The notes under the pieces are model-generated. The model ran no database searches, had not been told where the DNA came from, and worked only from the letters and a program-made list of their open reading frames with translations. The translations under genes were made by a program, and so were the position numbers. A stretch of DNA of 64,000 nt from an uncultured Candidatus Rokubacteria bacterium (GTDB lineage Bacteria > Methylomirabilota > Methylomirabilia > Rokubacteriales > CSP1-6). Of this stretch, positions 1-11,006 are shown one piece after another; position 1 is the first letter of the stretch, and every line of letters begins with the position of its first letter. The DNA lies in contig CAVXJS010000005.1 in NCBI GenBank assembly GCA_963762145.1, forward strand, positions 24,133 through 88,132, in the 5' to 3' direction.

Positions 1-312
1 TCGCCCCAGGGCTTTGCCGAGACGCTGGACGCCGCGGGCATCCGGCGCGTGGCGTTCGCCGAGTTCCCCGATCATCACTGGTTCACGCCCGGCGATCTGC
101 GGGAGCTCGTCCAGGACGCGCGGGCGGCCGGGGCCGAGGGCCTGATCACGACCGAGAAGGACTGGGTGCGGCTCCGCGACCTGCCGCCGTCTCCCCTCCC
201 GCTCTGGGTGCTGCCGGTGCGGCTCGTCGCTCGAATCGGGGCCAGCGAGCACTGGTCGCGGCTGCTGGCGGGCGTCCTGTCCGCCGCGCCGCTCGGCCGT
301 CCCTGCTCATGA
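1..312 (+). CDS. lpxK: Tetraacyldisaccharide 4'-kinase, C-terminal part (5'-truncated by window)
   Basis: FPDHHWF and LITTEKDWVRL motifs typical of LpxK C-terminus; LPS cluster context. Confidence 0.85.
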   Translation, partial: SPQGFAETLDAAGIRRVAFAEFPDHHWFTPGDLRELVQDARAAGAEGLITTEKDWVRLRDLPPSPLPLWVLPVRLVARIGASEHWSRLLAGVLSAAPLGRPCS

Positions 313-1318
313 GCGCCGCCATCGTCGTCCGAACCCCGAACTGGCTGGGCGACACCGTGATGGCGCTCCCCATGCTGGCCGCGCTCCGCGCCGCCGAGCC
401 GGCCGCGCGCATCACCCTCGTCGGTCGGTGGGCCACGCTCCTGGCCGGGCAGGGGGTCGCCGACGTCGCGCTGCCGTATCCGACGCCGCTCGCGCCGCGC
501 CGCGGCTGGCGCGCGCGCTCGCGGCCGAGCGCGCCGGACGTGGCGGTGCTCCTGCCGAGCTCCATCGAGGCGGCGCTGGCGGCCTGGCGCTGGCGCGCGG
601 CGCCGCCGCGTCGGCTACGCCACCGACGGGCGCGCGGCCGCTCCTCACCGACGCGCTGCCGCTGCCCGCGCCGCGCCTGCACCAGGTGGACGAGTACGCG
701 GCGGCTCGCTCGACGCCGCTCGGCGTGCGCGGCGTCGCCGCGGCGCCCGCGTGGACCCTGCGCCGCGACGACGCGGATGGACGCGGAGGTCGCGCGGCTC
801 CTGGCCGAGGCGCGGCGTCGGGGCCGACGCGCGCCTCGGTCGGCCTCCACCTGGGCGCGGCCTTCGGGAGCTCGCAAGCTCTGGCCCGCGGAGGCCTTCG
901 GCGCGCCTCGCGAACGGCTCGCCGCGGCCGGACTCACGCCCGGTCCTGCTGGGCACCCGCGGACGACGCGGACACCGCCGCCGCGGTCGTCCTCGCCGCG
1001 CGGCGGACCGATCGCGTCCCTCGTCGGCCGCGACCGGCCCGCGCTGCTGCCGCGGCTGCTCGCGCGCCTGCGCTGCCTCGTGAGCGGGGACACCGGCGTG
1101 GCGCACCTGGCCGCCGCGGTCGGCGTGGCCACCGTGACGCTCTTCGGACCGACCGATCCGCCGGCTCACCGCCCCGCGCGGACGCGCCAGCCGGACCCTC
1201 GACCGCGGCGGCGCCGTGCGCGCCCTGCTTTCTTCCTCGCTGTCCCATCGACCATGTCTGCCTCACCCGGATCGATCCGGACGAGGTGCTGCACGAGGTC
1301 AGGCAGGCCGTGGCGTGA
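309..1318 (+). CDS. waaF: LPS heptosyltransferase II (GT9), several apparent frameshifts
   Basis: RTPNWLGDTVMALP N-terminus; GAAFGS/KLWP; SGDTGVAHLAAAVGVATVTLFGPT; CAPCFLPRCPIDHVCL C-terminus, spread over 2-3 frames. Confidence 0.8.
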
Positions 1319-2397
1319 AGACGGTGCTGCACACGGAAGCCTCGCCCGGGCTGGGCGGCCAGGAGGTGCGCACGCTCAACGAGGCCCGCTGGACGGTCGA
1401 GCGCGGCTGGCGCGTGCTGGTCGCCGGCCAGCCCGACGGGCGCCTGCTGGAGCGCGCGCGCGCCGCCGGGCTCGAGACCGCGCCGATCCGCATGGCCGGC
1501 CCGGCGGATCCGCCGCGCGCTGGTCCGCCTGGTGCGGCTGATCCGGCGCGAGCGGGTGAGCCTGGTGCACACGCACAGCTCGATCGACGCCTGGCTCGGC
1601 GGCATCGCGGCCCGGCTCTGCCGCGTGCCGGTCGTGCGCACCCGGCACGTCTCGATCGCCATCCGGCGCGGCCTGAATCCGGTCTACCGCTGGCTCGCCG
1701 ACCGCGTCATCACGAGCGGCGAGGCCATCCGGCGGCTGGTGCTGGAGGTCGGCGTGCCGCCCGAGCGGGTCATCGCGATCCCGGCCGGCGTCGAACCTCG
1801 AGTCGTTTCCGTTCGGCGTCCGCGCGCCGGAGACCGCGCCGCGAGCTCGGCCTGGGCCATCCGGTCATCGGCTCGGTCGCGATGTTCCGCGGCTCCAAGG
1901 GCCACCGCAGCTCCTGCAGGCCTTCGCGATGGTCCGCGAGAAGCGGCCCGGCGCCACGCTCCTCCTGGTCGGCGACGGGATCCGGCGCGCCTGGGTCGAG
2001 CAGCTCGCCCGCGAGGCGAAGCTCTCGGACGCGGTGGTCTTCACCGGCTTCCGCCCCGACGTGCCGGCCCTGCTCGCGACCATGGACTGCTTCGCCCAGG
2101 CCTCCACGCGCACCGAGGGCGTGCCGCAGGCGCTGCTCCAGGCCTTCGCCACCGGCGTGCCGGTCGTGGCGAGCCGGATCGGGGGCATTCCCGAGGTCGT
2201 CGCCGACGGGATGACCGGACTGCTCGTCGAGAGTGAATCGGTCGAGAGCCTCGCCGCCGCGGATCGAGCGCGTGCTGGACGATCCCGACGGGGCCGCGCA
2301 GCGGGCCCGCGCGGCCCGGGCCCTCGTGGAGGCGCGCTTCTCGCACACCCACGCGATCGACCGTTTGCTCGAGGTCTACGACGAGCTGCTCGCATGA
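1315..2397 (+). CDS. Glycosyltransferase family 4 (frameshifted)
   Basis: VLHTEASPGLGGQEVR; VHTHSSIDAW; EGVPQALLQAFATGVPVVASRIGGIPEVV across frames. Confidence 0.8.
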
Positions 2398-3528
2398 GCC
2401 CGCGCCGGCCGCTGACCGTGCTGCACCTCGTGGCCAATCGCTGGTGGACGGGCAGTGCCGAGCCCGTGATCCGCCTGCTCACCGGCCTGCGGGCCCGCGG
2501 GCACCACGTCCTGCTCGGCCTGATCGCGGGCGACCGCTTCGAGCAGAAAGCGCGCGAGGCCGGCCTCGAGCCGCTGCCCGGGCTCTCCCTCGAGGTCCGG
2601 GGCAACCCGATCCACGCGGTGGCCGACTTCCGTCGCGTACGGGCCATCGTGCGCGCCGAGGGCGTGGACGTGATCCACGTCCACCACTCCCACGACCACT
2701 GGCTGGGCTGGCTGGCGCGGGCCCGCGGCCCGGCCGCGCTGGTCCGCACCTTCCACAATGCGCGCGCGCTGCGCCTGGACCGGCCGTCCATCGCGCTCTA
2801 CCGTCGCACCGATGCACTGATCACGGTCAGCCGCGAGATCGAGGAGCGCGCCCGGGGCGCCGGCATTCCCGCCCACCGCCTGGCGCGCGTGGACGGAGTG
2901 GTGGACCTCGGCCGCTTCGAGACCGGCGACGGCGGTGCCGCGATCCGCAAGGAGTTCGACCTGGGCGACGCGCCGGTGCTGGGCTGCGTGGCCCGGCTCG
3001 CGCCGACACGCGGCCACGACCTGCTGATCCGCGGATTCCGCGCTGCTGCTCGCGGAGCACCCGGGCGCCCGGCTCCTCCTGGTCGGCAAGGGCGAGGCCC
3101 GCGCGCAGCTCGAGGCCCTCGTGGGCGAGCTCGGCCTCACTCGCGAGGTGCTCTTCACCGGCTATCGCGACGTGGATCTGCCCGGCGTGCTGCAGGCGCT
3201 CGACGGCTTCGCGCTGATGGGCGCGGGCTCCGACGAGTCCTGCCGCGCCGCCCTGGAGGCCATGGCGGCCGGGCGGCCGGTGGTCGGCCGCCGGGTGGGC
3301 GCGCTGCCCGAGACGGTGGTTCACGGCGTGACGGGGCTGCTGGTGGACGACGACCGGCCCGAGTCCGTCGCCTCGGCCCTGCGCGCCCTGATCGCGGAGC
3401 CGGAGCGGGCGGTGGCGATGGGCCAGGCGGGGCGGGAGCGGGCGCGGACGCTCTACGGCTCCGACGCGCATGCCGCACGCGTGGAGGCGGTGTACGAGGA
3501 CGCGCTTCGGTTGCGGAACACGCGATGA
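2394..3528 (+). CDS. Glycosyltransferase family 4 (one frameshift near 3040)
   Basis: LHLVANRWWTGSAEP N-terminus; DESCRAALEAMAAGRPVV C-terminal GT-B motif. Confidence 0.8.
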
Positions 3529-3564
3529 CGGTTGTCCGCCATTCGATGACGGTTGTCCGCCATT
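3523..3564. repeat. 21-bp tandem duplication CGATGACGGTTGTCCGCCATT x2
   Basis: Two exact adjacent copies; second overlaps the left end of the palindromic element. Confidence 0.9.
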
Positions 3565-3607
3565 GGGGGAGTGCGGGGGCCATTTCTGGGCCCCCGCATT
3601 TGATAGA
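3551..3607 (+). repeat. REP-like palindromic element, copy 1
   Basis: GGTTGTCCGC...GGGGGAGTGCGGGGGCCATTTCTGGGCCCCCGCATT; near-identical to 12061-12115 and reverse complement of 26081-26136. Confidence 0.85.
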
Positions 3608-3625
3608 GCCTGAAGAAGTAAGCGA

Positions 3626-4789
3626 GTGCTCACGAGGCAACCGGCCGTGACCATTCGACATATCGTGTCGTGTCGGGGGTGGTCCTCGGACGCGTACTGG
3701 GCGGCGCGGGCGGTGGTGGAGCTCGATCGCGCGGGCCACGACGTGACGCTCGTCTGCAAGAAGAGCAGCGAGGTCCGCGTCGTCCGCCGGGCGAAGGAAG
3801 CGGGCATCGAGCGGCTCGAGACGCTCCACCTCTCGGGCGGCGTCTCGCCGATCACGGACGCGAGCGACGTCCGCCAGCTCGTCGCGTGGCTGCCGGAGAC
3901 GCTGGTGTTCCACGTCCATCGAGGCAAGGAGCACTGGCTGGCCGCGCTCGCCAACCGCTTCTCGAACCCGCGCCGGGCCATCGTGCGCACGCGGCACATC
4001 GTCCAGCCCATCCGCCCCCACGCGCTGAACCGCTGGCTCTACGGCTCGGCGACCGATCTCACCGTCACCGTCACCGAGGCGATCCGCCGCCAGATCATCG
4101 CGAGCGGGCTGGCCCCGGAGGACCGCGTGGTGACCGTGCCGGGCGGGGTCGACGCCGATCTCTATCGCCCGGACGTGGCACCGCCGCACCGCCTCGACGC
4201 GCGCGGGCTGCTGAAGGTACCGCCGGACGTGCCGCTCATCGGCCTGGTCGGCGGCTTCCGGGTCATGAAGGGGCACGAGATCGTCGTGGCGGCCGCGGCC
4301 CGGCTCGCCGCCACCGGGCTGCCGTTCCACCTGGTCTTCGTCGGGCAGGGGCCGTTCACCGAGCGCGTCCGCGGGCTCATCCAGGCCGCGGGCCTCGCGG
4401 ACCGCGTCTCCCTCGTCGGCTTCGTGGACGAGCTCCCCGCGGTCATGGCGGCGCTCGACGTCGCGCTCTACGCGGCGCTCGAGTCCGACGGCATGTCGCG
4501 CGTGCTCTGGGAATACCTGGCCGCCGCGGTCCCCGTGGTGGCGACCCGCGTCGGCGTGGTGCCCGAGGTGCTGGAAGACGACGCCACCGCGCTGCTCGTG
4601 CCCGCCGGAGAATCCGTTCCCCTCGCGGCGGCCATCGAGCGCCTGCTGCGCGACGCGGCGCTCCGCCGCCGCCTGGGCGCCGCGGGCGCCGACCTGGTCC
4701 GCGAACGCTACTCGGGCGCCCGGCTCGCCGAGCGTCTCGGCGCCCTCTACCTCTCGCTCGCGGCGGATTCGGCGCGGCCGGCCCGGTGA
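3626..4789 (+). CDS. Glycosyltransferase family 4
   Basis: Intact ORF; VRTRHIV; DGMSRVLWEYLAAAVPVVATRVG GT-B motif. Confidence 0.85.
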   Translation: MLTRQPAVTIRHIVSCRGWSSDAYWAARAVVELDRAGHDVTLVCKKSSEVRVVRRAKEAGIERLETLHLSGGVSPITDASDVRQLVAWLPETLVFHVHRGKEHWLAALANRFSNPRRAIVRTRHIVQPIRPHALNRWLYGSATDLTVTVTEAIRRQIIASGLAPEDRVVTVPGGVDADLYRPDVAPPHRLDARGLLKVPPDVPLIGLVGGFRVMKGHEIVVAAAARLAATGLPFHLVFVGQGPFTERVRGLIQAAGLADRVSLVGFVDELPAVMAALDVALYAALESDGMSRVLWEYLAAAVPVVATRVGVVPEVLEDDATALLVPAGESVPLAAAIERLLRDAALRRRLGAAGADLVRERYSGARLAERLGALYLSLAADSARPAR

Positions 4790-5919
4790 AGGTCTCGATT
4801 CTCTGCTTCGACGTCTCGGATAACGCGATGGGGCGCGCGTGGCTGCTCGCCCGCCTCCTGGAGCCGGTCGGCACCGTGGAGATCGTCGGGCCCCGCTTCG
4901 GCACGACCGTCTGGGATCCCGTGGCGGACGAGCCCGTACCGGTCCGGTCGGTCCCTGGGCGGCGCCTTCCCGCCTTCGCGGGGCGGCTGCCGGCCCTGGC
5001 CCGGATGGCCGACGGCGATCTGATCTACGCGTCCAAGCCCCGGCTGACGAGCGCCGGGGTCGGGTATCTGGCGCGCCTCGGGCGCCGCCGGCCGCTGCTG
5101 CTCGACATCGACGATTGGGAGGTCGGATTCTTCCTTCGCGGGGGCGTGTGGGGGACCATCGGGCGCGCGTTGAATCTCTCAAATCCAAGAGGGCTTGCGT
5201 GGACCTGGCTGATGGAGCGCCTCAGGGGGATGGCCGACGGCGTCACGGTCGCCTCGCGCTTCCTCGAGCAGCGCTTCGGAGGCGTCCTGATCCCGCACGT
5301 CCGGGACACCGACCGCTGGGCGCCGGGCCGCGCCGACCCCGCCGCCGCGCGCGAGCGGCTCGGCGTGGACAAGCAGCGCGTCGTCATGTTCCTCGGCACA
5401 CCCCGCGGCTACAAGGGGGTGGAGGATCTGGCGGACGCCGTGGAGCGGCTGGGGCGCCCCGACGTCGTCCTGGCCCTCGTCGGCACGGAGCCCGCCTCGG
5501 CGACCGGCCAGGCCCTGGGCTCCCGGCATCCGGGAATCCGTCTCGTCGGGCGGATTCCCATCGCCCAGGTCCCGGACTTCCTCTCCGCGGCCGACCTGGT
5601 CGTCGTTCCGCAGCGCGAGAGCAGCGACACGCGCGGCCAGGTGCCGGCGAAGCTCTTCGACGCCATGGCCCTGGCCCGGCCGATCGTCTCCACGCGGGTG
5701 TCCATGATTCCGGAGATCCTCGAGGGGTGCGGGGTGCTGGTCCCGCCGGGCGACGTGACCGCACTCGCGGCGGCCATCGGGCGCCTGCTCGCCCGGCCCG
5801 ACGAGGCGCGCGCGCTCGGGGAAGCGGCCCGGCGCCGGGCGGTGGACCGCTACAGCTTCGAGGCCGCCCGGCGTGCGCTCTTTCCCCTGGTCGAGCGCGT
5901 GCGCGCGGGAGGCCGTTGA
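4786..5919 (+). CDS. Glycosyltransferase family 4
   Basis: GTG start overlapping previous stop; PAKLFDAMALARPIVST motif. Confidence 0.85.
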   Translation: MKVSILCFDVSDNAMGRAWLLARLLEPVGTVEIVGPRFGTTVWDPVADEPVPVRSVPGRRLPAFAGRLPALARMADGDLIYASKPRLTSAGVGYLARLGRRRPLLLDIDDWEVGFFLRGGVWGTIGRALNLSNPRGLAWTWLMERLRGMADGVTVASRFLEQRFGGVLIPHVRDTDRWAPGRADPAAARERLGVDKQRVVMFLGTPRGYKGVEDLADAVERLGRPDVVLALVGTEPASATGQALGSRHPGIRLVGRIPIAQVPDFLSAADLVVVPQRESSDTRGQVPAKLFDAMALARPIVSTRVSMIPEILEGCGVLVPPGDVTALAAAIGRLLARPDEARALGEAARRRAVDRYSFEAARRALFPLVERVRAGGR

Positions 5920-7021
5920 ATGCGCGTGGGCCTCATCTGCCGGCCGTTCTCCTTCCACGGCGGCGTCGAGACCGCGACCGCGGGCCTGCTTGCCGCCCTC
6001 CGTCACGCCGGCCACGACGTCGAGCTGATCAGCACGCGACGGCAGGCGTCGGTGGCGGGCCTCGTGGTGCACCGCGTGCCGACGCTGCGCCATCCCTCCG
6101 TGCTCCGTCTGATCTCGTTCGCGGTCGCGGCGCGCGCCGCCGCGGCGCGCCACGGATACGACCTCGTGCAGAGCCACGAGCGCGCGCTCGCCCAGGATGT
6201 CTACCGCGCGGGCGAGGGCTGCCACGCCGCCTACCTCGAGGCGATGCGACGGAAGGTCACCGGGGCCGCGCCGTACCATCGCCTGGTCCTGGCGCTGGAG
6301 CGGCGCATCTTCCAGCTCCGCACCGCGCGGCACGTGGTGGCGATCTCGCGGCAAGGGAAGGAGGAGATCGAGCGGCGGTTCGGCACGGATCCGGCGCGGG
6401 TGACCCTGATCTACAACGGGGTGGATCTCGAGCGCTTCCATCCCGACAACCGGGGCCGCCACCGCCGCGCCCACGCGACAGGCGCTCCGCATTCCCGAGG
6501 AGGCGTGGACCGTGCTCTTCGTGGGCTCGGGCTTCGAGCGCAAGGGCCTGGACTGCCTGCTCGAGGCCTTCGCGCGCGTGGCCGACACGGACAGCCGGCT
6601 GGTCGTGACCGGGAAGGGGGCCGAGGCGCCGTACCAGCGCCTCGCCGCGAGCCTCGGCATCGCCGAGCGCACGATCTGGACCGGGCCGAAGGAAGACGTG
6701 GAACGGCTCTATGCCGCCGCCGACGCGGTCGCGCTGCCCGCCCGATACGAGCCGTTCGGCAACGTGCACCTGGAAGCGCTCGCCTCCGGCGTGCCGGTGC
6801 TCAGCAGCGCGCGGGCGGGCGGCTCCGAGATCGTGCGCCGCGGGGAGAACGGCTGGGTCGCCGCCCAGGCCGCGGCCGCGCCGATCGCGGAGGGACTCGC
6901 CGCGCTCCGCGACGCGCCCGCGGGCGGCTGGGCGGCGCGCGCGCGCGCCTCCGTCGAGCGGTTCACCTACGCCGCGCAGGCGCAGGCGTTCACGACGCTC
7001 TACGCCCTCCTCCGCCGCTGA
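5920..7021 (+). CDS. LPS core glycosyltransferase, WaaG/RfaG-like GT4 (frameshift ~6480)
   Basis: QSHER..DVYRAGEGCH; LFVGSGFERKGL; YEPFGNVHLEALASG. Confidence 0.8.
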
Positions 7022-7067
7022 TCACCCGGCGCCCGCCGGGGCGCAGGCTCCAAACCCTCCATTTTCA

Positions 7068-7096
7068 TTGATCAATCGGGGCCAGGGCCTTACACT
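7068..7096 (+). promoter_or_regulatory. Putative sigma70 promoter for gmhB (near-leaderless)
   Basis: TTGATC-N17-TACACT, ATG 8 nt after the -10. Confidence 0.55.
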
Positions 7097-7104
7097 GCCA
7101 GTCA

Positions 7105-7710
7105 ATGTCGAGTCATGCTGGGCTTCTGCGGCCCGCCGTGTTCATGGACCGCGACGGCTGCCTCACGGAGGAAGTGGGCTACGTGAACCACCCGAGCCGG
7201 ATCCGCTTGCTGCCGCGCACCGCGGCGGCGGTCCGTCGGCTCAACCTGGCCGGGATCGCCGCGGTGATGGTCACGAACCAGGCGGGCGTCGCGCGCGGGT
7301 ACTTCTCCGAGGAGACGCTGCACGCGGCCAATCGGCGCATGGTGGGCGAGCTCGAGGCGGGCGGCGCGCGCCTCGACGGCCTCTACGTCTGCATGCACCA
7401 TCCACGCGAGGGCCGGCCGCCGTACCGCGCCGAGTGCGACTGCCGCAAGCCGCGCCCCGGGCTCCTCACCCGCGCGGCCGCCGAGCTCGGCCTCGACCTG
7501 CGGGCCTCGGTGATGGTGGGCGACAAGCTCTCCGACGTGGCGGCCGGGCAGTCGGCGGGCGCCGCCGGCGTGCTCGTGCTCACCGGCTACGGCCGCGGGG
7601 AGTGGGAGTACCGGCCGCCCGGCGGGGAGATCAAGCCGGACCACGTGGCCGAGGATCTGCTGGACGCGGTGGACTGGGCGCTCGCCCGCGCGGCGGACAC
7701 GGGGCGCTGA
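7105..7710 (+). CDS. gmhB: D-glycero-D-manno-heptose 1,7-bisphosphate phosphatase (HAD IIIA)
   Basis: DRDG motif, VTNQAG, CxH..CxCRKPRPG, VGDKLSD. Confidence 0.9.
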   Translation: MSSHAGLLRPAVFMDRDGCLTEEVGYVNHPSRIRLLPRTAAAVRRLNLAGIAAVMVTNQAGVARGYFSEETLHAANRRMVGELEAGGARLDGLYVCMHHPREGRPPYRAECDCRKPRPGLLTRAAAELGLDLRASVMVGDKLSDVAAGQSAGAAGVLVLTGYGRGEWEYRPPGGEIKPDHVAEDLLDAVDWALARAADTGR

Positions 7711-7711
7711 C

Positions 7712-8729
7712 ATGTTCCCGGTGCAGCGGCTCAAGGATGCGGTCGCGCGCTTCGCGGGCCGGCGCATCGCGGTGGTCGGCGATCTCATCGCCGACGAGTA
7801 TCTCTACGGCAAGCCCGCGCGCATCTCTCGCGAGGCGCCGGTCCTGATCCTGCGCTTCACCGACCGCGAGGTGCGGCTCGGCGGCGCGGCCAACGCGGCC
7901 CACAACGTGCACGCTCTCGGCGCCACCGTCCTGCCGGTGGGCCTGCTCGGTCAAGACGGCGCGGGGGCCGAGGTCCACACGCTCTTCCACCAGGCGGGGA
8001 TGAGCACGGACGGCATCTCGCGCGAGCCGGCGACGGCCCACTCCGGTGAAGACCCGCATCATGGCGGGCGGCTACCAATCCACCCGGCAGCAGGTCGTCC
8101 GCCTGGACCGCGAGCCGGACGGCGCCATCAGCGGTCCCGCGGAGGCGCGCCTGATCGAGCGGCTCCAGGCGGTCGGCGCGGCCGCCGACGCCTTCCTCGT
8201 CTCGGACTACGGCTACGGCACGGTGACCGCGCGTGTCTACGAGACGGTGCTCGAGCTCGCCCGCGCGCGGCAGGTACCGGTGACGGTGGACAGCCGGTAC
8301 GAGCTGCCCCGCTTCAAGGGCGCCACCGCGGCCACTCCGAACGAGCCGGAGGTGGAAGAGCTCACCGGCCAGGAGCTCGGCGACGAGCCGGCCATCGAGA
8401 AGGCGGGACGCGCGGTGCTCGAACGCCTCGACGCGCGCCTGCTCCTGGTCACCCGGGGCAGCCGGGGCATGGCCCTCTTCGAGCGCGAAGGACCGGTGAC
8501 GTTCATGCCGATCCACGGCACCGACGAGATCGCGGACGTCACCGGCGCGGGCGACACGGTGATCAGCACGTTCACGGTCGGCCTCGCCGCCCGCGCCACC
8601 GCCGGCGAGGCCGCGTGGCTCGCCAACGTGGCGGGCGGCGTCGTGGTCATGAAGCGCGGGACCGCGACCGTGACGGTGGCCGAGCTGCTGGCCGCGCTGG
8701 CGAGCGATGGCGGCCGTCCTCAGCGTTGA
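7712..8729 (+). CDS. Heptose-7-phosphate kinase (RfaE domain I / HldA), frameshift ~8035
   Basis: [39 protein letters not shown] (PfkB family). Confidence 0.85.
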
Positions 8730-9193
8730 GGAGGCCGGCCGCCTCGCGTCCGGCTGGCGCGCGGCGGGCAAGCGGCTGGTGCTCGCCAACGGCTGCTTCG
8801 ATCTCCTCCACGTCGGCCACGTCCGCTATCTCCAGGCCGCGCGCGCGCTCGGGGACGCGCTGGTGGTCGGGCTCAACTCCGACGCTTCGGTCCGACGCCT
8901 GAAGGGCCCGGGCCGTCCGGTGATGCCCGCCGCGGAGCGCGCGGAGCTGATCGCGGCGGTGAGCGGGGTGGACGCGGTGGTCGTGTTCGAGGAGGACAGC
9001 GCCGACGCGCTGATCGCGCGCCTCCGCCCCGACGTGCACGCCAAGGGCACCGACTACACCGAGCAGAACGTTCCCGAGCGCGGTACGGTGGAAGCGCTGG
9101 GCGGCCCGGATCGCCATCGCGGGCGACCCGAAGACGCACTCGACGAAAGACGTGATCGCCACCATCCTGACCCGCTTCGGAACCGGCCGATGA
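8707..9193 (+). CDS. Heptose-1-phosphate adenylyltransferase (RfaE domain II / HldC), frameshift ~9105
   Basis: [33 protein letters not shown]; true C-terminus [12 protein letters not shown] in adjacent frame. Confidence 0.85.
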
Positions 9194-10233
9194 GGCCCGA
9201 ACAGCTGACGACGAGGATCGCCATCGTCAAGCTCTCCTCGCTCGGCGACGTCATCCACGCGATCCCGGTCGCGCGCGCGCTCCGTCGGGCGCGGCCGGGC
9301 GTCCACCTCGCCTGGATCGTCGAGGCGCGCGAGTACGCCCTCCTGAAGGACCACCCGGATCTCGACACGGTGGTGCCGGTGGACACCCGGCGCTGGCGGC
9401 GGCTCATCCGGCGCCCCTCGGGCGTGCGCGAGGTGGTCGGCAAGATCGGGCGCCTGCGGGGCCGCATTCGCGGGGCGCACTTCGACGTCGCCCTGGATCT
9501 GCAGGGCCTCATCAAGAGCGGGCTGCTCACCGCCTACACCGGCGCGCCGCTCCGCATCGGCTTCACCGCGGACCACTGCCGCGAGGGGCTGAACTGTCTG
9601 TTCACCAACCGGCGCGTGCGCCCGCCCGCCGAGGCAGTGCACGTGGTGGACCAGTACCTGGCCCTCCTCGGGCCGCTCGGCATCCCGCCGGGGCCGGTCG
9701 AGTTCCACGTGCCGATCCCCGCGCGCGCCACGCTCGGCATGGACAATTTCCTCGGCGAGCAGGGCGTGAAGAGCCGCGACCTGCTGGTGGCCGTGAATCC
9801 CGGCGCGGGGCGCGCCAACAAGCAATGGCCGGTCGCGCACTTCCGGCGCCTCGTGGACCGCCTCGCCAGCGAGCCCAACGTGAGGGTCCTCCTCCTGTGG
9901 GGTCCGGACGAGGTCCACATGGCGCGCGAGATCCGCGACGGGTCGAGCGCGCGCGCGATCCTCGCGCCGCCCACCGACCTGCACGAGCTCGCGGCCCTGC
10001 TGCGCCGCGCCTCGCTCATGGTGGCCAACGACACCGGGCCGCTGCACCTGGCCGCCGCGCTCGGCACGCCGAGTCTCGGTCTCTTCGGGCCGACGCGCGC
10101 GGCGCGCAACGGCCCCTACGGCCCCCAGTGCCGCGGGCTCCAGAGCCCCGACGGCACGATGGCGGGTTTGACCCCGGAGGTGGCGCTGGAGGCGGCCCTC
10201 GCCATGCTCGCGCTGCGGGAGGCCGCGCCGTGA
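9190..10233 (+). CDS. waaC: LPS heptosyltransferase I (GT9)
   Basis: [37 protein letters not shown]. Confidence 0.85.
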   Translation: MRPEQLTTRIAIVKLSSLGDVIHAIPVARALRRARPGVHLAWIVEAREYALLKDHPDLDTVVPVDTRRWRRLIRRPSGVREVVGKIGRLRGRIRGAHFDVALDLQGLIKSGLLTAYTGAPLRIGFTADHCREGLNCLFTNRRVRPPAEAVHVVDQYLALLGPLGIPPGPVEFHVPIPARATLGMDNFLGEQGVKSRDLLVAVNPGAGRANKQWPVAHFRRLVDRLASEPNVRVLLLWGPDEVHMAREIRDGSSARAILAPPTDLHELAALLRRASLMVANDTGPLHLAAALGTPSLGLFGPTRAARNGPYGPQCRGLQSPDGTMAGLTPEVALEAALAMLALREAAP

Positions 10234-11006
10234 GCCGCCTCTCGGTGACGATCATCGCGTGGAACGAGGAGGAGCGCCTGCGCGCCTGTCTCGAGAGCGT
10301 GGCCTGGGCCGACGAGATCGTGGTGGTGGACGCGGAGTCGGCCGACAAGACCGTGCAGATCGCGCACGAGTTCACCGACAAGGTCTCGGTGCGGCCGTGG
10401 CCCGGCTTCGCGGCCCAGAAGAACTTCGCCATCGACCAGGCGACCGGCGACTGGATCCTCTCCCTCGACGCCGACGAGCGGGTGACCCCCGAGCTGCGCG
10501 ACCGCGTCCGCGCGATCCTCAAGGACGAGGGCGCGGCGAACGGCTACTCGATCCCGCGACGGAACATCTTCTGGGGGGCGTGGGTGCGCCACGGCGGCCT
10601 CTATCCGGACTACCAGCTCCGGCTCTTCCGGCGGAGCGCCGGGCGCTTCGTGGAGAACGCGGTCCACGAGTCGGTCACCGTGTCGGGGCGGGTGGAGACG
10701 CTGTCCGAGCCGATGCTGCACCACTCCTACCGCGATCTGGAGGACTTCGTCCGTCGCTCCAATCGCTATTCGACCCTGTCCGCGCAGGACTGGATCCGCC
10801 GGGGCCGCCGGGGCGGGCTCGTGGGGCTGGTGACTCGGCCCCTCGGCCGCTTCTTTTCCATGTACATTGTTCACCGAGGCTTCCTGGACGGCTGGCGGGG
10901 CTTCGTGCTCGCCGTTCTCTACGCCGAGTACGTCTTCCTGCGCATGGCCAAGGTGTGGGAGACCCGGCGGGGCCGGAAGCCCGGAGAGGGTGACGAGACG
11001 TCATGA
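10230..11006 (+). CDS. Glycosyltransferase family 2 (WaaE/KdtX-like)
   Basis: [26 protein letters not shown] motifs. Confidence 0.85.
   Translation: MSRLSVTIIAWNEEERLRACLESVAWADEIVVVDAESADKTVQIAHEFTDKVSVRPWPGFAAQKNFAIDQATGDWILSLDADERVTPELRDRVRAILKDEGAANGYSIPRRNIFWGAWVRHGGLYPDYQLRLFRRSAGRFVENAVHESVTVSGRVETLSEPMLHHSYRDLEDFVRRSNRYSTLSAQDWIRRGRRGGLVGLVTRPLGRFFSMYIVHRGFLDGWRGFVLAVLYAEYVFLRMAKVWETRRGRKPGEGDETS

Noticed and set aside
309-9193. Many frameshifts in LPS genes as pseudogenisation or phase variation
   Set aside because: Single-base indels occur throughout the window (HIT, methyltransferase, integrase) with intact motifs on both sides; long-read error is the simpler explanation
8707-10233. 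HldC-WaaC fusion ORF (508 aa)
   Set aside because: Artefact of an indel near 9105; the HldC C-terminus and its TGA (9193) overlapping the waaC ATG are in another frame
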